Of a stretch of 64,000 nucleotides of DNA, positions 1 to 9,462 are shown piece by piece; the stretch's first letter is position 1; each line of letters begins with the position of its first letter. The stretch lies in the NCBI GenBank assembly GCA_963716135.1, contig OY970289.1:1783462-1847461 (forward strand). The letters run 5' to 3'. Origin of the DNA: Pirellulales bacterium. GTDB lineage: Bacteria; Planctomycetota; Planctomycetia; Pirellulales; JADZDJ01. The position numbers and the translations under genes are program-made. The notes under the pieces are model-generated. The model searched no databases. It was not told the origin of the DNA and worked only from the letters and a program-made list of their open reading frames with translations.

Positions 1-1454
1 TTCGCGCGGCGCTTCAGCCCCTCGGGATCCTTGCGCGCGTCGGCCAGATGGGGCGATTCGGCCCGCGATAGTTCCTTTCCGTTCAAATCGTACCGTGCCA
101 GCACTCCGTCGCCCCCCACCACCAGTGTCTCGCCGGGGCCAAGGTTCACGGCCTCGGCTTTGAAATCCAACGGGAACTGGCTCAGCAATTTGCCGTTGGC
201 ATCGAGAATTCGCAATTGCGCGGCCGAAGCCAAGGGCGCGCTCACGGACGCCTTGGATTTATCTTGAGGCGCGCCGCTGAACAACGATGCCAGCGCCGAC
301 ACGATTCCCGGACTGCTGCTATGAAACGTGTTCGGCGATTGGCTGCTGATGACGGCGACAATTCTGCCATCCTTTGCCAGGCAGAATGAGGCGAGCTTCG
401 CATTCGACACGCCTTCCGTGGGACGGATGATCGTTGACTGGCGATGCGTGGCGTCGGTCGTCTTGGGTGCGGCATCAAGCGTGATGGCCCCGGTGATTGT
501 CAGCGTCCCGGTCGCCTGCGGTTTTTGCGCCGCGCTATTTGCAGGGCTGACGCTGATGTACGGCGTGCGCGTTGCCCCGGCATTCCCTTGCGCTGCGGTC
601 CCCTTCGCCGCCGCACCGGATTGCTGGTCCAAGGCCCGCAGTTTGTTGCGCAACTGCGATTCCCGATCCAGCCCGTAATCGAAGTGGTACAAGGCGTAGT
701 CCCAATGCCCGTACATCGGGTTGGGCACGATAAACCACTTCAGGCCCCAGTTGTCGGCATACTTGGCGGCCATCTCGCGCCGGACCGCAGGCTCTTGGGC
801 GGTGTCGTGCATGAAGTCGCCCAGGTAGTCGCTCACGATCAGCAGAATGCGATGCTTCTGCGCCACTTCTTCACGCTTGTTGTGGTTGGTCCATGCTTCG
901 CCCAGCAGCAGTTGATCCTTGTCAGGATCGTAGGGAAATTCCACATGGCGCAAATTGCGCAGCGTGCCGTCGCGCATGTTCTCCCCCCGCGGCGACAAAT
1001 AGATAATCGCCACGTGCTGCTGCGCTGCGTGATCGAGAAATTGCCTGGCTCCCGGCACCGCAGGACAGCTCGCTTCGTTGGCCCAGTCGGAATATTTCTG
1101 ATAGTCGAACTGGCCGTCGCGCTCGATCAGTTGCCTTTCATACGGCGTGTTGTTCCACACGCCTTCGTCCAAGTTGACCATGATGGCCGGCGGCAAATTC
1201 TGGTAGCCCCCTTTTTGGAATTGTTCCGTGGAGGCAGTCCACGTCTTGTCACGCAGCGCCAAATCAAGTTTCTCGCCGGCCGTGTTGAACGTTTGCCGGG
1301 CGCACGCCACATACTCAGCGGAGGTCGCGACCCACAGCGCCGAATCCAGCTTCTCCGGCGCGACAACAGTCTGCGCCGCATCTTCCGCGTGCGCCGAGCT
1401 AAACATCGCCAACGCGATCGCAAACGCCGACCAACGCCATGGATTCTTCAACAT
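1..1454 (-). CDS. Secreted HAD-family class C acid phosphatase / e(P4) 5'-nucleotidase-like protein with extra C-terminal domain (3' end beyond window)
   Basis: Absent from the ORF track only because its stop lies left of position 1. Reading the reverse complement from ATG (comp. 1452-1454) I find no stop down to position 1. It starts with signal peptide 'MLKNPWRWSAFAIALAMFSSAHA', then 'LWVATSAEYVACARQTFNTAGEKLDLAL...IMVNLDEGVWNNTPYERQLI...AVPGARQFLDHAAQQHVAIIYLSPR...HRILLIVSDYLGDF', the block order of class C acid phosphatases. The 411-aa + ORF 444..1679 is its antisense shadow. Confidence 0.6.
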   Translation of the reverse strand, partial: MLKNPWRWSAFAIALAMFSSAHAEDAAQTVVAPEKLDSALWVATSAEYVACARQTFNTAGEKLDLALRDKTWTASTEQFQKGGYQNLPPAIMVNLDEGVWNNTPYERQLIERDGQFDYQKYSDWANEASCPAVPGARQFLDHAAQQHVAIIYLSPRGENMRDGTLRNLRHVEFPYDPDKDQLLLGEAWTNHNKREEVAQKHRILLIVSDYLGDFMHDTAQEPAVRREMAAKYADNWGLKWFIVPNPMYGHWDYALYHFDYGLDRESQLRNKLRALDQQSGAAAKGTAAQGNAGATRTPYISVSPANSAAQKPQATGTLTITGAITLDAAPKTTDATHRQSTIIRPTEGVSNAKLASFCLAKDGRIVAVISSQSPNTFHSSSPGIVSALASLFSGAPQDKSKASVSAPLASAAQLRILDANGKLLSQFPLDFKAEAVNLGPGETLVVGGDGVLARYDLNGKELSRAESPHLADARKDPEGLKRRA

Positions 1455-1730
1455 GATCCACTCTCCCTCTTGATTGCGGCGAGAATGCCGACTTCCCTGC
1501 ATCGCCAAAGAATCGACCCCCCGGCCCGGAAGTCCGCCTCCCTAGTTGCCCCCGGAAAAGACTCTGCTCCCAACCAACGACCATATCCGCTGGCGCTGTG
1601 GGCCGTCAAGTTTTTCGCCGGAGGAAGTCGAATATTGGCTCCCGACAAGGCGGCAAACGTGGGCGGCATGTTTGGGTAGTTAGTCTTGGCTGTCCTTATG
1701 GATGCATGCAACCGGCAGAAAGTTGCATAC

Positions 1731-1771
1731 AAAATAGAAAAGCCCGGCGATCCCTGAGGGAATCGCCGGGC
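1731..1771 (-). terminator. Rho-independent terminator downstream of groEL
   Basis: 10-bp perfect stem GCCCGGCGAT (1742-1751) / ATCGCCGGGC (1762-1771). On the minus strand it is followed by TTTTCTATTTT (complement of 1731-1741), 40 nt after the groEL stop. Confidence 0.65.
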
Positions 1772-1810
1772 GATTTGTGCAAATGAGTTTGTGAATTGTG
1801 TCACAACCGT

Positions 1811-3550
<1,740 letters not shown>

Positions 3551-3555
<5 letters not shown>

Positions 3556-3883
3556 CGAGAACGGCCAGAATGTCTTCCTCGTGCATCAAAAGCAATTCTT
3601 CATCGCCGACTTTGAATTGCTCGCCCGCGTAGCTGGTGAACAGCACGCGATCGCCCGGTTTCACTTGCAGCGGCTGGCGCTTGCCGTCGTCGGTCAGTTT
3701 GCCGTCGCCGACACTGATGACCGTGCCGCGCGAGGGCTTGTTCTTGGCATTGTCGGGCAGCAAAATGCCGCCGGCGGTGCGCTCTTCCGATTCGTCGCGC
3801 TCGACGACCACCCGATCGCCCAAGGGTTGCAAACGAACCTTGCTGCTCTTCTTCTTTTCCTGCTTTGTGGCAGTGGCACTCAT
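3551..3883 (-). CDS. groES: Co-chaperonin GroES (Cpn10), copy 1
   Basis: 110-aa ORF '...[44 protein letters not shown]...[34 protein letters not shown]'. It has a Lys/Ser-rich N-terminal extension, GGAG ~10 nt upstream of the ATG, and groEL immediately downstream. Confidence 0.95.
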
Positions 3884-3937
3884 GACTTTCCAACTCCAAT
3901 AAGACCAATAAGAATTGAGAATTTTGCGAAGGTCAAA

Positions 3938-4022
3938 ACGATAAATGCTAAACGATAAACGCTAAGGAACTAAGGGGGCCACGTTGCCCGCGTTTAGCCT
4001 TTATCGTTTAGCGTTTATCGTT
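3938..4022. repeat. 85-bp palindromic element, family A (words ACGATAAAYGCTAA)
   Basis: Left arm is 'aacgataaatgctaaacgataaacgctaa' (3938-3966). Right arm is 'ttagcctttatcgtttagcgtttatcgtt' (3994-4022). The loop is GC-rich. It sits just upstream of the groES promoter region, and a second copy lies at 4986-5064. Confidence 0.65.
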
Positions 4023-4212
4023 CGCCTAGACCCCGACCGCCTGCCAATCGGCGCAGACCGTCGCCGGGTCGAACATAGATAAAGCAACCCGCGCGCCGTA
4101 AGCCAATCTGGCTACGGAAGTCTAAATGGACTAGAAAGTTATCGTTGTCGGCGTCGCTTGGGAGCCGATTTTCGCAAACTGACCGCTGCTGCCAAATTGA
4201 CAGCAGATTTCG

Positions 4213-4983
4213 ATGATTGATATCGATCGCCTGCTTGCCGAGACCTTCCTCACCCATGCCGAGTGCCACACCCAGCTCGATAGCACGCAATTCCGCGCCC
4301 GGGCTCTGGCAAACGAAGGCAGAGTGACCGCTCCGGCGCTGGTGGTGGCCGATCGCCAAACCGCCGGGCGCGGCCGGGGCAACAATCGCTGGTGGACGGG
4401 CGACGGCAGCCTGGCGTTCAGCCTGCTCGTGGATCCCCAGCAATTCGGTTTTCCGCCGCGGGTTGTGCCGCGATTGTCGTTGGCGGCCGGCGTGGCGGTG
4501 ATCGATGCCATCGCACCGCGACTGTCGGGGCAATCGCTGGGTTTGCACTGGCCCAACGATGTGAATATCGGCCGCGCCAAGTTGGCGGGAATTTTGGTCG
4601 AAGTATTGCCCGACGGCCGCCACATCATCGGTATCGGCCTGAACAGCAACAACACCGCAGCCGACGCGCCGCCGGAAATTCGAGAATCGATCGCGACGCT
4701 GGCCGATTTAACCGGCCGCCCGCACGACCACACCGAACTGCTCGTGGCGCTCTTGGAAAATCTGGAAGCCACGCTCGTGCAATTGGGCGAGCCCGTGGAA
4801 AGGCTCGGCGAGCGCTTCGATCTATTGTGCCTGCAGCGCGGCGAAGTGCTCACTGTGCATCAAGGCGAGCAACAGATCACCGGCCGCTGCATCGGCATCG
4901 CGCCGGACGGGGCATTACTGCTCGAAACGCCGGAAGGGCGAAAGGAAATTCTTTCTGGCACGCTAAAGCCGACGGGATGGTAA
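4213..4983 (+). CDS. birA: Biotin-[acetyl-CoA-carboxylase] ligase (group I BirA, no HTH)
   Basis: 256-aa ORF starting at ATG. 'VVADRQTAGRGRGNNRWWTGDGSLAFSLL' is the biotin-protein ligase GRGRxGRxW signature, and 'LHWPNDVNIGRAKLAGILVE' follows. Confidence 0.85.
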   Translation: MIDIDRLLAETFLTHAECHTQLDSTQFRARALANEGRVTAPALVVADRQTAGRGRGNNRWWTGDGSLAFSLLVDPQQFGFPPRVVPRLSLAAGVAVIDAIAPRLSGQSLGLHWPNDVNIGRAKLAGILVEVLPDGRHIIGIGLNSNNTAADAPPEIRESIATLADLTGRPHDHTELLVALLENLEATLVQLGEPVERLGERFDLLCLQRGEVLTVHQGEQQITGRCIGIAPDGALLLETPEGRKEILSGTLKPTGW

Positions 4984-4985
4984 GC

Positions 4986-5064
4986 AACGATAAACGATAA
5001 ATGCTAAATGATAAACGCGGAGCAAATGCCGCCATTTAGCGTTTATCGCTTAGCGTTTATCGTT
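4986..5064. repeat. Palindromic element, family A, second copy (bidirectional terminator position)
   Basis: Left arm is 'aacgataaacgataaatgctaaatgataaacgc' and right arm is 'atttagcgtttatcgcttagcgtttatcgtt'. It lies between the convergent birA and methyltransferase genes. The right arm supplies the last codons ('KRNDKR*') of ORF 5050..6096. Confidence 0.65.
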
Positions 5065-6096
5065 CCGCTTCGCCGCCACGCAAATTTCCTGCCGGTTATG
5101 GTGCAATTGCCGCGCTCGCACATGCCCGTAGCCCCACAAGCGGATGCGATCGAGATAAGCCGGTATCTCGTCCGCCAGTTTCCAGTCCAGCAGCTTGAGC
5201 GTCAGGATCAATCCCTTAATTTGCACTTCGGGATGCGTGACGATCGCTTCGACGGTATCCAGCGTGTACTGCGGCGCCACGTTGATGTCGGCCGTCAGAT
5301 AGTGCACGCCGCGGAATTCGCGCCGCTTCACGTCGGCGCCACGTTTCTTCAAGTGCGTGAAATTCGGATTCGCCAAGACCAGCGGATCCATGTTGGCCGG
5401 ATCGATGCCGATCACTTTCAAGCCATGATTCAACAATGCCTGGCTCGCTCCGCCCGGCGCACTGCCGATTTCCGCCCACACTTCTCCCGCGCGCAGCGGC
5501 GTGCGCGACCAGGCCAGCGATTCTTCCATTTTCAGGTAGGCCCGCGAAACCGCGTCGGCCGGCGGCTCCAGCGGGAACATGCCGCCGGGCCAGCGTGATG
5601 AAATCGACGCGGCGCGATGATATCCGAACCACCACTCGTGTGGCTCGACCACCACGCAGTCGAGCACCAGGTGCCCAGCCAGCGCGGAATTGGGAGGTTC
5701 ATATCTGCGAGGTTTCTTGATCGCCACCGCTAAGCCGCCGGCGGATGCAGCGACAGCTTCGTGATGCACGCCTTCCTGAACTCTGAACCCCGAACCCTCT
5801 GCTGCGCTCTCGCGAATTGCCGCTTCCACCTCGGCCGCCAACTGCGTCGGGCCGGGTTCATAACTGCGATATCCCGGTTCGTGCAAGTCGCGCTGCCACA
5901 CGTGCAAGCAATCGAACTTGCGCTCGCCGGCCAATTGCCAAACTTGGGCGGCGCGCTCTTCGATGGTCGCGCCGGCCGCTTTGCCCAATGAATATCCGTA
6001 CGACCGGGCGAACACGCTGTGCAAATCAAAGTCGTCCGCCAGAGCCCCTCTCCCTTCAGGAGAGGATTGTGCTGAGGGCGCCGCACCCGCGGGCAA
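5050..6096 (-). CDS. SAM-dependent RNA 2'-O-methyltransferase, RlmM/FtsJ-like
   Basis: 348-aa ORF. 'AVSRAYLKMEESLAW...GEVWAEIGSAPGGASQALLNHGLKVIGIDPANM...ADINVAP' resembles the RlmM (YgdE) C-terminal MTase layout. The first ~17 codons run through a palindromic repeat (6045-6078), so the true start is probably an internal TTG/GTG near 6015-6035. Confidence 0.7.
   Translation of the reverse strand: MPAGAAPSAQSSPEGRGALADDFDLHSVFARSYGYSLGKAAGATIEERAAQVWQLAGERKFDCLHVWQRDLHEPGYRSYEPGPTQLAAEVEAAIRESAAEGSGFRVQEGVHHEAVAASAGGLAVAIKKPRRYEPPNSALAGHLVLDCVVVEPHEWWFGYHRAASISSRWPGGMFPLEPPADAVSRAYLKMEESLAWSRTPLRAGEVWAEIGSAPGGASQALLNHGLKVIGIDPANMDPLVLANPNFTHLKKRGADVKRREFRGVHYLTADINVAPQYTLDTVEAIVTHPEVQIKGLILTLKLLDWKLADEIPAYLDRIRLWGYGHVRARQLHHNRQEICVAAKRNDKR
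6045..6078. repeat. Small palindromic repeat, family D (CCTCTCC..GGAGAGG..GAGGG)
   Basis: Stem CCTCTCC (6047-6053) / GGAGAGG (6059-6065) is followed by 'attgtgctgaggg'. A sister copy lies at 44675-44708 ('ccctctccc catgt gggagaggg ctggggtgagg'). Confidence 0.5.
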
Positions 6097-6255
6097 TTTA
6101 AAAGTCAGAAAACCGGGCCGCGAAAATGCAAACCGAAACGCCGGCCAGCGCCGAGCAAGCTCGGCCTTTAGCGCCGCTTCCGCGCCACCTGGCAGGTCAC
6201 AAAGATAAATCCCGGCGTTTCCATAACCGCAATTCTACCCGATCCGCCAGCGCAA

Positions 6256-6286
6256 GGAAAAACCCGCGGACTATTCGTCCGCGGGT
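6256..6286 (-). terminator. Rho-independent terminator downstream of hsp20
   Basis: Stem ACCCGCGGAC (6262-6271) / GTCCGCGGGT (6277-6286). On the minus strand it is followed by TTTTTCC (complement of 6256-6261), ~40 nt after the hsp20 stop. Confidence 0.7.
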
Positions 6287-6323
6287 TGCCTTGCCTCTGT
6301 TCCGCGTTAGCGAAACAGACCGA

Positions 6324-6776
6324 CTACTTAGTTTTGACGTCGATCTTACGGGGCTTGGCCTCTTCGGTCTTGGGGACCTTCACGGTCAGCACGCCTTCCT
6401 TGTATTCCGCCGTGATTTTGTCCGAATCGACCGCAGTCGGCAGCGGAATCACGCGGAAAAACTCGCCGTGATGTCGCTCCATGCGATGATAAGTCTTCCC
6501 CTTCTCTTGTTGCTCTTCTTTCTTCTCGCCCGAAATCCGCAGCTCACCGCCTTCCATCTCGACGCGGAAATCTTCGGGCTTCATGCCGGGCAGTTCGACC
6601 GTCACTTCGTAATCCGTCTGGGTTTCGGCCAGATTGATTCGCGGAGCGAACACTTCGCGCCCGACCGGCCATTCTTCGCGATTTCCGAAGAACCTGTTCA
6701 TCAGGTCCCCCATTTCGCTTTCGAAACTCGTGAGTGGCCAAGTAAAGTTCACTCGAGGAATAAGTGTTCTTACCAT
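6324..6776 (-). CDS. Hsp20/alpha-crystallin family small heat-shock protein
   Basis: The track ORF 6324..6911 is trimmed to ATG at comp. 6774-6776, which has GGAGGTG 4 nt upstream. 'APRINLAETQTDYEVTVELPGMKPEDFRVEMEGGELRISGEKK...FFRVIPLPTAVDSDKITAEYKEGVLTVKVPK' is a typical alpha-crystallin domain. Confidence 0.9.
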   Translation of the reverse strand: MVRTLIPRVNFTWPLTSFESEMGDLMNRFFGNREEWPVGREVFAPRINLAETQTDYEVTVELPGMKPEDFRVEMEGGELRISGEKKEEQQEKGKTYHRMERHHGEFFRVIPLPTAVDSDKITAEYKEGVLTVKVPKTEEAKPRKIDVKTK

Positions 6777-7063
6777 GACGCACCTCCAACAATCTTTGAC
6801 AATGCCTCGCAGGCTATCTTCCGGGCCACGCGCCCAGCGTGCCTGCTCGAAGTTTTCCCATAACTTCCCACTTATATTACGAGTGGGAGGGGCGCTCGGT
6901 TTTTCCGCCAAGACTCGGGCTGGGAAAACCGGAAATTTGCAATGGCTGAAACCATTGCGCCTGCCGCAACGGCAGTTGCTATGCCCCTGGAGAGTTATTA
7001 AGCAAACTGAATGCCAAGCCGAAATTTTTTGGACCAGGCCGGGATAGCCAATCTATGACGAAT

Positions 7064-8200
7064 TTACGGCGAGCTCGGTTTGCAGTTGCTCAGGGCTAGC
7101 AAGCAATACGCGCTAACCAGATTAGGATCGCCTTCCATGAACCGCTTGTCGGTGTTGACCCAACTGCCATCAGCTTGTTGCCGCTTGGCGAGTTCGGTCA
7201 CCAGTTCGGCCCGCCAATCGTGCTCGGCGCCTTTGGAGTCCGCAATCGTCTTTTCGCCCAAAGCACTCAGCGATTTTGCAAAAGTGTTGTAACCGTAATA
7301 CACACCCGCCTGGCCCAAGCCTGGGTTGGCGGTGAGATCGTAGTTCTTGCGAATCCAATCGACGGCCGCTTTGACGCGCTCGTCGTCCGGCGCCAGGCCG
7401 CAATAGATCATGCTTTTCAAGCCGGCATAGGTCATCGAGCCAAAGCTGCGCAAGCCGCCGTTATCCGTCTTTCCGCCCGGGGCGCTGGCGCCGTTGTCGG
7501 CCGGCGTGTAATAGAAGCCGCCGTCGGGATTCTTGTCGGCAAATTGCGTGGTGTTGTACTGGCTGGGCAAATTCTGGCACCGCGAAACAAACACCAGCGC
7601 CCGCTCCAACGCCTCGTGGTTCGTTTCGGCGCCCGCTGAATGCAGGGCATCGACCAAAAACGACGTGTTGGAAAGATCGGGCCGGGTGCCGCTTTTGCCG
7701 TAGCCGGCGCCGCCGTATTGCACATCGGCGGGCTGGGTCTTCCCGTTGCCCCCCCACTGAATGTTCTTCACGTAGTTGTTCGCCCGATCGATCAGTTCGT
7801 TGTAGCGGCCGTCCTTATTGGCATCCACAAAGCACATCAAGCCGATGCTCGTTTCATAGTTTTGGATGCTGGAGTCCGGCTGATAGATGCCGCCATCCTT
7901 TTGCACGAAGCCTTCCAGGTATTTCAAGCTCTTGGCCACCGCGGGATCATCCGGCGACATGCCGTTGCGCAATAGGGCGCTGGTGCACAGCGCGGTGACC
8001 GCCGGGCTGATCTTGGCGCTGTACGAGCCGTCGGCCGCTTGTCCCTTGCCGGTGAGATAGGCGATGCCGCGCTGGACGGTTTGTTGCTGCAGTTGCGGAT
8101 CGGCCTTCGCCGCCGTCTCGTCGGCCGCCGGCGCTGACGTCAGCCAGATCGCGAACACGCTTGAAACCGCCGCCGCGAAAACACAAAGCCTGGTGCGCAT
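7064..8200 (-). CDS. Secreted prenyltransferase/squalene-oxidase-repeat (alpha/alpha-toroid) protein
   Basis: 378-aa ORF with signal peptide 'MRTRLCVFAAAVSSVFAIWLTSAPA'. It carries repeated 'DGS(Y/W)' / 'GG(I/F)Y' toroid-repeat signatures ('QAADGSYSAK', 'KDGGIYQPD', 'NPDGGFYYTP', 'QQADGSWVNTD'). Confidence 0.7.
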   Translation of the reverse strand: MRTRLCVFAAAVSSVFAIWLTSAPAADETAAKADPQLQQQTVQRGIAYLTGKGQAADGSYSAKISPAVTALCTSALLRNGMSPDDPAVAKSLKYLEGFVQKDGGIYQPDSSIQNYETSIGLMCFVDANKDGRYNELIDRANNYVKNIQWGGNGKTQPADVQYGGAGYGKSGTRPDLSNTSFLVDALHSAGAETNHEALERALVFVSRCQNLPSQYNTTQFADKNPDGGFYYTPADNGASAPGGKTDNGGLRSFGSMTYAGLKSMIYCGLAPDDERVKAAVDWIRKNYDLTANPGLGQAGVYYGYNTFAKSLSALGEKTIADSKGAEHDWRAELVTELAKRQQADGSWVNTDKRFMEGDPNLVSAYCLLALSNCKPSSP

Positions 8201-8264
8201 GAATCACCTCGTGCGGTTTATTCTACAAGTCAAAATGGCCGATGTCGCGGCGGCTATTCGGCGC

Positions 8265-8573
8265 TTAATCGATCACTGCCAGCAGGTCCTGTTCGCTCAT
8301 AATCAACAGCTTCTCGCCGTCGACTTCGAATTCCATTCCTGAATAGGGGCTGAACAACACGCGATCTCCTTCGCTTACCTGGCTGCCGATGCGGCGGCCG
8401 TCTTTCAATTGCCGGCCGTCGCCCACCGACAACACACGCCCTTGATGCGGCTTTTCCTGCGCGGCATCCGGCAGCAAAATTCCGCCGGCCGTTTTTTGTT
8501 CCGCCTCCAGCCGCTTCACAACCACGTGATCGCCCAAGGGCACCACGTTCGTTCCGCGAGCGCTCTTTGGCAT
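8265..8573 (-). CDS. groES: Co-chaperonin GroES (Cpn10), copy 2, not followed by groEL
   Basis: The track ORF 8265..8660 is trimmed to ATG at comp. 8571-8573. '[102 protein letters not shown]' is full-length Cpn10. Confidence 0.9.
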   Translation of the reverse strand: MPKSARGTNVVPLGDHVVVKRLEAEQKTAGGILLPDAAQEKPHQGRVLSVGDGRQLKDGRRIGSQVSEGDRVLFSPYSGMEFEVDGEKLLIMSEQDLLAVID

Positions 8574-8709
8574 CGTGATATTCCGCCGTCGGCCTGCTAA
8601 TGAATTGTAGGTCGCCAGATATTTCAGAGAACTGGCAATTACTGACGAGGATTTTCGCACTTCGCCGAGCGCCCTGCAAGCGCCCGGCCGGTTTCCTGGC
8701 CGGCGAAAC

Positions 8710-8865
8710 CTAACCTATTGCCAGCACAGCCAGAACGATCAGCCAACTCACCAGCATCAGCGCAGCTATTGCCAGCAGGATCTTTTGCCATCGTGCCGGA
8801 GCCGGACGCAACTTCTCGGGGGGCGACGGCGCACGATTCGAGTCCGGCTTGCGCGATTTGCTCAT
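8710..8865 (-). CDS. Small (51 aa) single-pass membrane protein, unannotated in ORF track
   Basis: It falls below the 60-aa cutoff of the track. It runs from ATG comp. 8863-8865 to TAG comp. 8710-8712: 'MSKSRKPDSNRAPSPPEKLRPAPARWQKILLAIAALMLVSWLIVLAVLAIG'. It has a basic N-terminus plus one clear TM helix, and starts 12 nt after the stop of 8878..9345. Confidence 0.4.
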   Translation of the reverse strand: MSKSRKPDSNRAPSPPEKLRPAPARWQKILLAIAALMLVSWLIVLAVLAIG

Positions 8866-8877
8866 GCGCTTGATCGA

Positions 8878-9345
8878 TTACTCAGACTGTTTCTCGGTCG
8901 GCTTCGGCGGCGTGATGTGTACGTTGCGCACCAGCGCCTCGTCGAAGTCGTACACATTCTCGAAATCTTCCCGGCGGTCTTGCTTGGTCTTTCGCATCTG
9001 GCCGGCTTCGATCAGGTTGAAAACGATGTTGCCGATGTCGCCCGTGCTGCGCACGCCCCAGCTATTCAGCACGGCTTTGGCCATTAGGCCGTACTGCTCC
9101 AGCGCATACTGGCGCACCGCTTCGCACAATTGTTGCCCGGTCAGATGGCGTTCCGCTTTTTTGCTTCCGCCTTTCCGAGGCGGTTCCGGCGGGGCCTCTT
9201 CTTCCGGCGGATGCTCCTGACCCATGCCCAGCTTCTCGTGCGCAAAGTTGAGCGCTTCGAACACAAACACGTAGGCTTCGAACTTGTAGCGCTTGTCGTT
9301 CTCCAGCAGCTTGGCCAGCGGATGCGATGGATCGAGGATGGGCAT
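8878..9345 (-). CDS. Conserved Planctomycetota/Verrucomicrobiota protein (resembles the Minf_1886 / TIGR04138-type family, from memory)
   Basis: 155-aa ORF. 'HLTGQQLCEAVRQYALEQYGLMAKAVLNSWGVRSTGDIGNIVFNLIEAGQMRKTKQDRREDFENVYDF' matches my recollection of that family's core. The function is unknown. Confidence 0.7.
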   Translation of the reverse strand: MPILDPSHPLAKLLENDKRYKFEAYVFVFEALNFAHEKLGMGQEHPPEEEAPPEPPRKGGSKKAERHLTGQQLCEAVRQYALEQYGLMAKAVLNSWGVRSTGDIGNIVFNLIEAGQMRKTKQDRREDFENVYDFDEALVRNVHITPPKPTEKQSE

Positions 9346-9371
9346 AATGCGTGTGTTCTAGCAGATCAACT

Positions 9372-9460
9372 AGGAATGACCAATAACCAAGCACCAATGA
9401 CCAATGTCGTTTCCGCGAAGCGTTTGGTCATTGGGATTTCGTCATTGGTCATTCATTCCT
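9372..9460. repeat. Word-built hairpin (words AATGACCAAT), likely terminator of the PSP1 gene
   Basis: Left arm is 'aggaatgaccaataaccaagcaccaatgaccaatg' and right arm is 'tggtcattgggatttcgtcattggtcattcattcct'. It lies between the tandem minus-strand genes 9463..10311 and 8878..9345. Confidence 0.55.
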
Positions 9461-9462
9461 GG

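Noticed and set aside
444-1679. 411-aa + strand ORF, the longest ORF listed at the left end
   Set aside because: It is Arg/Gly/Pro-rich nonsense with no motifs. It is the antisense shadow of the acid-phosphatase-like gene, whose own ORF is missing from the track only because its stop is outside the window.
3884-4212. Search for CIRCE (TTAGCACTC-N9-GAGTGCTAA) or HAIR operators upstream of groES and groES2, and whether the 3938-4022 palindrome is a heat-shock operator
   Set aside because: There is no CIRCE or HAIR match. The palindrome's TTAGC words recur at 4986-5064 between two convergent non-heat-shock genes, so it is a repeat family rather than a specific operator.
6777-6912. Possible sigma32-type promoter (CTTGGCG-13 nt-CCCCTCCC) and RNA thermometer upstream of hsp20
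   Set aside because: The match to CTTGAAA/CCCCATNT is weak, and I could not define a convincing SD-sequestering helix. This is not supportable from sequence alone.
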